Shown here in pieces: positions 39,773-64,000 of a stretch of 64,000 bases of DNA. This stretch comes from Phyllobates terribilis (Eukaryota). The notes below the pieces were generated by a model. It made no database searches. It was not told the origin of the DNA and saw only the letters and a program-made list of their open reading frames with translations. The DNA is taken from assembly GCF_046119375.1 (NCBI RefSeq), contig NW_027362769.1, forward strand, positions 386,074,001 to 386,138,000. The letters run 5' to 3'. Every line of letters starts with the position of its first letter. Position 1 is the stretch's first letter. A program made the translations under genes and the position numbers.

Positions 39773-40965
39773 TGACGCGCCCCCTGGGCCGTGGGGTACT
39801 CGGTGCCGGGCCGGTCGTTGCTAGGGGAGATGTCACAGTGGTGGTGACCCAGGGCGGTCAATCAAAAGGGGGATATTTTTTACAGGGGATTTATAGTTTT
39901 TATGTACAGTTCGTGCCGCCACCTGTGGTATGCGACTAAAAGGAGCCGCCGCTGCGGAGCAGGTCCTCTGGAGCTGGTGTGAATGCAGCAGAGTTGGTTT
40001 AGCTCTCCACAGGTAGAGCTTAGCTCCAGGGCAGTGTAGATGTTGCTGTTATGATGTAGTGCAGAGGATGGCGCAGATAATGATCACAGAGACAGTAAGG
40101 TGCAGTCCTCAGGGTTTACTCACGGTTTCTTAGACTTCCAGTTACCAATACTAGAGTAACTTCCCACGGCGTCCTGTGCTTACTCAAGGAGGGGTTCAGC
40201 AAACTCCCAGGTCTCTCCGGAGTACGCAACGGGACCCCCTTCTGTGTATTCCCTCTGGCCGTCTCCCTGCACCTCACATCCAGTGTCTCAGGCCAGTGGC
40301 CGCGGACCTTGCCGGGCGACATCTTCACTGTCCCCTGGGTCCTCTATGGCCACCTTTCTGGTGATTAGATGTGGCTTGTGGCTGCAGTACCTGAAACACT
40401 GCAGCCTCCAGTTTCCTAGTTGAGGCTTAAAGAACTCTGCTAGTTTAGGGACCTGACCCCTCCACCTGCTGGCAGATTCGGCCGTATGGGTGGCCTCCAG
40501 CACTACCCGTACCCCTGGGGTCCCTTCCACGTTCCTGGAGCCTTTCTCCTGCTCCTCTCTCTCTCTCTCTCTCTTCAGTCCTGGGCCTCTCTGGCTAGGC
40601 CCTCCTCCTCCTGAGCAGAGCTCCTACAGAGCTCCTGCTCCCTCTACTTCTCCTCTCAGACTGATCTGTCCTTTCAAGATGGTTCCCCTTTTTATACTAT
40701 TCCTAACAAGTGCTCCCCTGATTTACTTCCTCCACCCACACCCACTACATGGTTCCCCCTACTTTGGTTCCCCCCACTCCAGCCAGGGACAGGGCTCAGC
40801 AGGGAAGCGACGCATCTTGCCCCTCCTGCTGGTCTGGAGTAGTGTAGTGTTGGATGCAGGTGTTTGGGTCCCAGGCAGTACTCCTTCCTTACCTGAGCGT
40901 GAGATACCACACCTCTGGGTGAGAGGCAGTACCTCTGAGGCGACTGAACCCGCAGGGGCGCCACA
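39773..40965 (-). mobile_element. Solo LTR (family a), 1193 bp
   Basis: TGACGCGCCCC ... GGGGCGCCACA; flanks CACA / CGCA (4-bp TSD with one CpG-type change). Homologous to 125-1415 and 23716-25001. Confidence 0.82.
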
Positions 40966-41540
40966 CGCACAGTGTGAAACATATTCTATTCAGCGGGTGC
41001 TACATGTGACAGCTATATTTAGGGGCGCAATATGTGAAGGAGCTGGAGCTGAAATCATCTGGGCGTCTTGGCCGGGATGTTCCTTGCCTGGGAGAAGTTG
41101 TCATGAAGGTTTGGATCAGGTGGAGAAGAAAAGGGAAGAGAATGACTGCAGGGAAGACATCATCCATAAGGTCACAGAATGGCGCTGACTGTGTCTGGTC
41201 AGTACTGTGGTTCCTGCAACATATGATTAATATTCTTATAGAGACGTATCAGTGAACAGATCTCGTGCGGGGCCCCAGCTCGTATACACGGGCCTCAGGT
41301 GCTCACATCACCGGTATACTCATTGCTATAATCTATGCTGATACATTTCTCTTGGCATCTACAGACCTCACCTGGGTCGGTGTCGGGCCCAATGTTTTAG
41401 GAAGGAGTCCAACTTTTTGGAGTTAAGTTGTCTTTATTCTCCATGTGTGCTTTGATTCTGTGTTATCTAACAAGCAGCGGCACGCCCAACATCTCATCCA
41501 AACACAGCAAATCCTTTCTTGCCATACAAGCTGCCCCTTG

Positions 41541-41580
41541 ATGACTGTGCTGAGTCACTGGGGCTCGGCTGCAGTATAAG
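41541..41580 (+). promoter_or_regulatory. Copy C proximal promoter: composite double ARE and TATA box
   Basis: ATGACTGTGC (41541-41550, TGACnnnGC) overlaps TGCTGAGTCAC (41548-41558, reverse complement of GTGACTCAGCA). TATAAG at 41575-41580. Confidence 0.7.
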
Positions 41581-41636
41581 GCGGCAGATCCCTGTACACA
41601 CAGCGCCTGACTTCTTGCAGAGCTGCACGGATCCTC

Positions 41637-45512
<3,876 letters not shown>

Positions 45513-45567
45513 GGGAAGATAAGATTTTGGAAGTTTTTTGTATTTGTTTCTTTTTTTCATGTTTGCA

Positions 45568-45573
45568 ATTAAA
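45568..45573 (+). terminator. Poly(A) signal of copy C
   Basis: ATTAAA 55 nt after the TGA stop, in T-rich context. Confidence 0.55.
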
Positions 45574-46734
45574 ACGTTATAAAAAAATCCATGTGAATTC
45601 TTTATTGTTTCCCACCGGCTGACGTTCGAGTAGGGAAATCAGGAATCTTCCGGAGAGGACAGATGGGTCTTCTGCAGTGAACAGAGGAGTCTTCTGGAGA
45701 GTATCGAGAGGATAGAGGGGTTAGGGGAGGAAAGTAGTCAGGAGAGGACAGATGAGTATGGGGAGGACAGAGACGTTCTGGAAAGGAGTCTGGGGGGACA
45801 GAGGAGTCTCAAGAGGACAAAGGAATTTTGGAAAGAACAGTGGAGTCTGGGGAGACAGAGGTTAGGAGTGTACAAAAGCATCAAGAGAGGACAGAGGAGT
45901 TTTGGCAGTGACTATTTCATAGGGAGCACTCGGTCGATTTGCGCGTTCCTGTTTATGGTAGAATTGCAGGAGATGGCGATCAGTCTTTTAGGGTGCGTCC
46001 AGCTTTGGGGGAGTTTCTCCGATACACAATTTTAAATACTGACAGGTTCCATCATTATGTCTCACCCTAAAATGTAAAACCATACTTGCCAACTTTCAAG
46101 GATGGGCATCAATGTTTCTTAATTGCAAAGGTTTCATGGCCAAGCCCCCTTCTCCAGGACACACCTCCTCTGTGCCAATAACATCCCCCTCCACGACCCG
46201 TTACCCATGTCCTGAAGGTACACGTTGGAGATCCTCGACATCATGCAGTAGAAGACTTTCTGGAGCTCAGTATTGTAGAGAATTTTAGCGGCAGTTGGGG
46301 TATCTGCCATCTCTACCTTGAGTTGGGGAGGTTTTGTTATAGACCTGTATTGGCTCCAGGGCAAAGCTCCGCTCCCTTCCTTTATGGCCGCCGCCATTTG
46401 CTGTACTTCACGTCATTACTCAAGGCCTCTTAATGCTGACAGACATTCATGTGTGCTAGTATTTAGTAAGCTTTATGTTCAGTCACTTTGTAGTCTGCAA
46501 CCAGATCTCTCAGCTGCAATCATCCCTGCAAACTCCTGCGATTTCTACAACCTGCATCTACTTCCAAGCTTAGGCCTTCTGATTAACCCTTAATATGTTG
46601 TAAGCATAGCAAACTGTTATCTGGACTTGTTCACACTTCAAATGCTCCTGTATCAGATACATCTTCTCTATAAACATGTTTGCTCTATATTCCTACTGCC
46701 AACAGCTATTCACTTGTTTGCAGATTAACCATAA

Positions 46735-46951
46735 GGGTGAATTCACACATCCATGTGAAATGTCTAAATGCTGTTCGGCCATCGCTTGGACCCATAGAGC
46801 ATCACAGATCCATTCATGAATCCATGAAAGGCAGAACATTTCCTATTCTGATGCTGAGGACCAGAACAGAACATACTCAGTGGGTCCTTGTCCTGTCCGA
46901 TACTAAAATCTGGCAGCACACAGACGTTCGCAGAGATGTGTGAATGCACAC
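46735..46951. mobile_element. PIF/Harbinger-type MITE
   Basis: TAA|GGGTGAATTCACACATC ... GATGTGTGAATGCACAC|TTA. Confidence 0.6.
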
Positions 46952-47149
46952 TTAGTCTGCTGCGAGCACAACTAACTCTGTTCTTAACTAGTTTACATTA
47001 TAAACACTGCCACTGTGACATCTGTATCGGTGCTTGTCCTCCATGTTTATGCTTCTGTTGTTTGGGGTGCTGCGCGGTGACAACGTTATTTCTATATTCT
47101 CTGGGACTTGTGGTACCATCCAGGCTGGGAGCTAAGGAGTTAACTTCTG

Positions 47150-47340
47150 CTAGTGCTTGCTCCCTGCTTTTTAGCCTGGGTGAGACTGCAAGATGTTTAA
47201 GCTCCTGAAATCCAGCTTGCTCCCTGCTGTTTAGCCTGGGTGAGACTGCAAGATGTTTAAGCTCCTGAAATCCTGCTTGCTCCCTGCTGTTTAGCCTGGA
47301 CCAGACTGCAATATATTTAAGCTCCTGAAATCCTGCTATC
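47150..47340. repeat. About 60-bp direct repeat x3, possibly inside a decayed LTR (about 47014-47690)
   Basis: gcttgctccctgct.tttagcctgg...ctgcaa.at.tttaagctcctgaaatcc occurs three times. LTR boundaries unconfirmed. Confidence 0.6.
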
Positions 47341-48173
47341 TACTGCCAGTTATAATTATACTAGTTCTAGTGAACTCCTGTGGGTCCAGTGAATATTTCA
47401 GATTCAGACCTTGGCCTGCTTACTGACCACTCTCCTGCTTGGTGATTTTGTCCCTTCCCATATGCCCTGGTTATGACTCGACTACCTGACCATTTTTCCT
47501 GCCATGCTGTACCACCGGCCAGGGGCTACTCCGAGGACTTAGACAAGGACCCGGTGAAAGTCCATATCCCTGTAAATTGCGAAGGCCAGCTCTCCGCTGG
47601 GATCTGATAGTCAGAGTAGCTAGTGCAAAACCTGTCCATGATTGACCTTTTTAGAGCTTCTAGGCCACAACTAACAGTGTCCTCATAACAGCGCAGTTCC
47701 TAGTCTACCATACACCTTCAGCTTCTGTGCTTGTCTACACCTCTGGCTCTGTGTCTCCTGGTATCTTGTCCTCTACTGTCTGTGGTCCAGCTTACTCCAT
47801 TGTCCTGGTCTTTGCTATTCCATGTGTCATCTAGGAATTCCAGGCTGCTGTGCAGTCGTCTTGGATCCGCATGGTCACCCTGACCTGCGACTTAGTGAAT
47901 CCACCTCACTACAGGAGCCCTGACAGGTGTGACATATTTTCGGGAGCCTCCCAGATGTTTCAGCAAGTAGGAAAACATGCCGGATCATCCCCTCCTAGGA
48001 AAGAGTTGGGAGACCCCCGCATGCATCAGGGGAGCAGATTCTGTTCAAAGCCATAAATTTGGTGGACACGTTTCGAATGTGTGAAATTCCCTAACAAATA
48101 ACAGGAATGAGAATCTTAAAAAGGGTTAAAACTACAACAAACTCAACCAGTAAACCCGGCAGGGTGTGAAGAC

Positions 48174-48179
48174 TTTATT
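48174..48179 (-). terminator. Poly(A) signal of copy D
   Basis: AATAAA on the minus strand, 16 nt after the TAA stop. Confidence 0.55.
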
Positions 48180-48195
48180 GTGGGCAACAATGACA

Positions 48196-58992
<10,797 letters not shown>

Positions 58993-59060
58993 GGAGCACT
59001 GGGTCAGTACAGATTGGTGGATATGAATCCTTCTGCGTCTTCTCCTCCGCTGTCTTCTCT

Positions 59061-59087
59061 CTTATAGTCGATTGCTGTGACTCAGCC
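59061..59087 (-). promoter_or_regulatory. Copy D proximal promoter: TATA box and ARE
   Basis: TATAAG on the minus strand at 59066-59061; GTGACTCAGCC at 59077-59087. Confidence 0.65.
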
Positions 59088-59390
59088 GAACAAACAATGC
59101 CCAGGTGCAGGCGGCACAGAGGGGTGCAGCTCATTTTTGAGATCGGTCCAGCCAACCAGATCCACGATTCATAAGTCTCCAGTATTTACTGAGGAGCCCA
59201 GAATACGGCTACAAATAATCCCTCCACCCCGAAACCGAGCTCCGGGATCCGACCTCAGATTGTCCTTAGTTGACCCGCACGGATATCAGCGACATACCAC
59301 AAGGCCGACAGCCAGCCGAAATCTGCGCAAAACAGGTTGTCACAGCTCTGACCAACACTGGTGGGGACCAAACACCCGATACTCCAACCA

Positions 59391-61595
59391 GAGCCTGTGT
59401 GTGATACTGTCTGCTGAGCCGTGTATCTAATCCTATCCTGTGTGATACTGTCTGCTGAGCCGTGTATCTAATCCTATCCTGTGTGATACTGTCTGCTGAG
59501 CCGTGTATCTAATCCTATCCTGTGTGATACTGTCTGCTGAGCCGTGTATCTAATCCTATCCTGTGTGATACTGTCTGCTGAGCCGTGTATCTAATCCTAT
59601 CCTGTGTGATACCGTCTGCTGAGCTGTGTATCTAATCCTATCCTGTGTGATACTGTCTGCTGAGCCGTGTATCTAATCCTATCCTGTGTGATACTGTCTG
59701 CTGAGCCGTGTATCTACTCCTCTCCTGTGTGATACTGTCTGCTGAGCCGTGTATCTAGTCCTCTCCTGTGTGATACTGTCTGCTGAGCCGTGTATCTAAT
59801 CCTCTCCTGTGTGATACTGTCTGCTGAGCCGTGTATCTAATCCTCTCCTGTGTGATACTGTCAGCTGAGCCGTGTATCTAATCCTCTCCTGTGTGATACT
59901 GTCTGCTGAGCCGTGTATCTAATCCTCTCCTGTGTGATACTGTCTGCTGAGCCGTGTATCTAATCCTCTCCTGTGTGATACTGTCTGCTGAGCCGTGTAT
60001 CTAATCCTCTCCTGTGTGATACTGTCAGCTGAGCCGTGTATCTAATCCTCTCCTGTGTGATACTGTCAGCTGAGCCGTGTATCTAATCCTCTCCTGTGTG
60101 ATACTGTCTGCTGAGTTGTGTATCTAATCCTATCCTGTGTGATACTGTCTCCTGAGCCGTGTATCTAATCCTCTCCTGTGTGATGCTGTCTGCTGAACCG
60201 TGTATCTAATCCTATCCTGTGTGATACCGTCTGCTGAGCCGTGTATCTAATCCTCTCCTGTGTGATGCTGTCTGCTGAACCGTGTATCTAATCCTATCCT
60301 GTGTGATACCATCTGCTGAGCCGTGTATCTAATCCTCTCCTGTGTGATACTGTCTGCTGAGCCGTGTATCTAATCCTCTCCTGTGTGATACTGTCTGCTG
60401 AGCCGTGTATCTAATCCTATCCTGTGTGACACTGTCTGCTGAGCCGTGTATCTAATCCTCTCCTGTGTGATACTGTCTGCTGAGTTGTGTATCTAATCCT
60501 ATCCTGTGTGATACTGTCTCCTGAGCCGTGTATCTAATCCTCTCCTGTGTGATGCTGTCTGCTGAACCGTGTATCTAATCCTATCCTGTGTGATACCATC
60601 TGCTGAGCCGTGTATCTAATCCTTTCCTGTGTGATACTGTCTGCTGAGCCGTGTATCTAATCCTCTCCTGTGTGATACTGTCTGCTGAGCCGTGTATCTG
60701 ATCCTCTCCTGTGTGACACTGTCTGCTGAGCCGTGTATCTAATCCTCTCCTGTGTGACACTGTCTGCTGAGCCGTGTATCTAATCCTCTCCTGTGTGATA
60801 CTGTCTGCTGAGCCGTGTATCTAATCCTATCCTGTGTGATACTGTCTGCTGAGCCGTGTATCTAATCCTCTCCTGTGTGATACTGTCAGCTGAGCCGTGT
60901 ATCTAATCCTCTCCTGTGTGATACTGTCTGCTGAGCCGTGTATCTAATCCTCTCCTGTGTGATACTATCTGCTGAGCCGTGTATCTAATCCTATTCTGTG
61001 TGATACTGTCTGCTGAGCCGTGTATCTAATCCTATACTGTGTGATACTGTCTGCTGAGCCGTGTATCTAATCCTCTCCTGTGTGATACTGTCTGCTGAGC
61101 CGTGTATCTAATCCTCTCCTGTGTGATACTATCTGCTGAGCCGTGTATCTAATCCTCTCCTGTGCGATACTGTCTGCTGAGCCGTGTATCTAATCCTATC
61201 CTGTGTGATACTGTCTGCTGAGCCGAGTATCTAATCCTCTCCTGTGCGATACTGTCAGCTGAGCCGTGTATCTAATCCTCATGTGTGATACTGTCTGCTG
61301 AGCCGTGTATCTAATCCTCTCCTGTGCGATACTGTCTGCTGAGCCGTGTATCTAATCCTCTCCTGTGCGATACTGTCTGCTGAGCCGTGTATCTAATCCT
61401 ATACTGTGTGATACAGTCAGCTGAGCTGTGTATCTAATCCTATACTGTGTGATACAGTCAGCTGAGCTGTGTATCTAATCCTATCCTGTGTGATACTGTC
61501 TGCTGAGCTGTGTATCTAATCCTCTCCTGTGCGATACTGTCTGCTGAGCCGTGTATCTAATCATCTCCTGTGCGATACTGTCTGCTGAGCTGTGC
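59391..61595. repeat. 41-bp satellite (gagccgtgtatctaatcctctcctgtgtgatactgtctgct), about 54 copies
   Basis: Tandem units starting about 400 bp upstream of the copy D ATG. Confidence 0.97.
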
Positions 61596-61614
61596 ATTTA
61601 ATGATCTAGTGATC

Positions 61615-64000
61615 CACGTAGTATAATGCACCACATAGTCCTCTATATAGTATAATGCACCACATAGTCCTCTATATAGTATAATGCACCCCCATAGTCA
61701 TCCATGTAGTATAATGCACAGCCCATAGTCATCCATGTAGTATAATGCACCACATAGTCCTCTATATAGTATAATGCACCCCCATAGTCATCCATGTAGT
61801 ATAATGCACAGCCCATAGTCATCCATGTAGTATAATGCACAGCCCATAGTCATCCATGTAGCATAATGCACAGCCCATAGTCATCCATGTAGTATAATGC
61901 ACAGCCCATAGTCATCCATATAGTATAATGCACAGCCCATAGTCCTTTATTAAGTATAATGCACCCCCATAGTCATCCATGTAGTATAATGCACAGCCCA
62001 TAGTCATCCATGTAGTATAATGCACTCCCCATAGTCACCCATGTAGTATAATGCACAGCCCATAGTCATCCATGTAGTATAATGCACAGCCCATAGTCCT
62101 TTATTAAGTATAATGCACAGCCCATAGTCATCCATGTAGTATAATGCACTCCCCGTAGTCCTCCATGTAGTATAATGCACAGCCCATAGTCATCCATATA
62201 GTATAATGCACAGCCCATAGTTCTCCATGTAGTATAATGCACAGCCCATAGTCCTCCATATAGTATAATGCACAGTCCATAGTCCTCCATATAGTATAAT
62301 GCACAGCCCATAGTCCTCCATATAGTATAATGCACTCCCCATAGTCGTCCATGTAGTATAATGCACAGCCCATAGTCGTCCATGTAGTATAATGCACAGC
62401 CCATAGTCATCCATGTAGTATAATGCACAGCCCATAGTCATCCATGTAGTATAATGCACAGCCCATAGTCCTCCATGTAGTATAATGCACTCCCCATAGT
62501 CCTCTATATAGTATAATGCACAGCCCATAGTCCTCCATATAGTATAATGCACTCCCCATAGTCGTCCATGTAGTATAATGCACAGCCCATAGTCATCCAT
62601 GTAGTATAATGCACTCCCCATAGTCCTCTATATAGTATAATGCACAGCCCATAGTCCTTCATGTAGTATAATGCACTCCCCATAGTCGTCCATGTAGTAT
62701 AATGCACAGGCCATAGTCCTCCATATAGTATAATGCACTCCCCATAGTCGTCCATGTAGTATAATGCACAGCCCATAGTCCTCCATATAGTATAATGCAC
62801 TCCCCATAGTCGTCCATATAGTATAATGCACAGCCCATAGTCCTCCATGTAGTATAATGCACAGCCCATAGTCCTCCATGTAGTAGAATGCACTCCCCAT
62901 AGTCCTCCATATAGTATAATGCACAGCCCATAGTCCTCCATGTAGTATAATGCACAGCCCATAGTCCTCCATATAGTATAATGCACAGCCCATAATCATA
63001 CATGTAGTATAATGCACAGCCCATAGTCCTCCATGTAGTATAATGCACAGCCCATAGTCCTCCATGTAGTATAATGCACAGCCCATAGTCCTTCATATAG
63101 TATAATGCACAGCCCATAGTCCTCTATATAGTATAATGCACTCCCCATAGTCATCCATATAGTATAATGCACAGCCCATAGTCATCCATGTAGTATAATG
63201 CACAGCCCATAGTCATCCATGTAGTATAATGCACAGCCCATAGTCATCCATGTAGTATAATGCACAGCCCATAGTCATCCATGTAGTATAATGCACAGCC
63301 CATAATCATACATGTAGTATAATGCACAGCCCATAGTCCTCCATATAGTATAATGCACAGCCCATAGTCCTCCATGTAGTATAATGCACAGCCCATAGTC
63401 CTCCATGTAGTATAATGCACAGCCCATAGTCCTCCATGTAGTATAATGCACAGCCCATAGTCCTCCATGTAGTATAATGCACAGCCCATAGTCCTCCATG
63501 TAGTATAATGCACAGCCCATAGTCCTCCATGTAGTATAATGCACAGCTCATAGTCATACATGTAGTATAATGCACAGCCCATACTCATACATGTAGTATA
63601 ATGCACAGCCCATAGTCCTCCATATAGTATAATGCACTCCTCATAGTCCATACATGCAGTATAATGCACAGCCCATAGTCCTCCATGTAGTATAATGCAC
63701 TCCCCATAGTCCTCCATGTAGTATAATGCACTCCTCATAGTCCATGCATGCAGTATAATGCACAGCCCATAGTCCTCCATGTAGTATAATGCACAGCCCA
63801 TAGTCATCCATGTAGTATAATGCACAGCCCATAGTCCTCCATATAGTATAATGCACTCCTCATAGTCCATACATGCAGTATAATGCACAGCCCATAGTCC
63901 TCCATGCAGTATAATGCACAGCCCATAGTCCTCCATGTAGTATAATGCACAGCCCATAGTCATCCATGTAGTATAATGCACTCCTCATAGTCCATACATG
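61615..64000. repeat. 31-bp minisatellite (catagtcctccatgtagtataatgcacagcc), more than 70 copies, runs off the window
   Basis: Tandem units; same family as 11480-12030. Confidence 0.97.

Noticed and set aside
46134-46397. Minus-strand 87-aa ORF between copies C and D
   Set aside because: No recognisable domain, splice context or paralogous support.
59391-64000. MHYTTW.../MGCALYY... ORFs, and the similar ones at 11600-13346 and 50145-53755
   Set aside because: Satellite artefacts.

Overview
Eukaryotic, repeat-rich genomic DNA. The repeat families (T2/Kolobok-type MITEs, hAT-type elements carrying minisatellites, Tc1, CR1, Penelope-like palindromes) suggest a frog; the species is inferred, not shown. 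The only protein-coding content I can support is a cluster of four NmrA-like atypical SDR genes (NMRAL1/HSCARG family), assembled by hand from GT-AG exons with the same 40/239/250/191/~180-nt coding-exon pattern. Copy A (minus, 1726-5158) has exons 4-5 presumably outside the window. Copy B (minus, 10139-20456) encodes 299 aa, copy C (plus, 41637-45512) 301 aa and copy D (minus, 48196-58992) 296 aa; B, C and D have complete open frames. A, C and D carry a TATA box plus a canonical Nrf2/sMaf antioxidant response element just upstream, and B has the homologous site mutated. The paralogs are nearly homogenised across the NADP-binding part of exon 2 but differ at positions that should line the nicotinamide/substrate pocket (80-82, 129, 152-155, 250-264 in human numbering). 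The best candidate for an undescribed system is therefore a stress-inducible, functionally diversifying NmrA-like reductase/redox-sensor family. The rest of the window is solo LTRs with target-site duplications, a dead Tc1, MITEs, two Penelope-like palindromic insertions (one with a hammerhead-like motif) and large minisatellite arrays. The long ORFs in the supplied track that fall in those arrays are artefacts.
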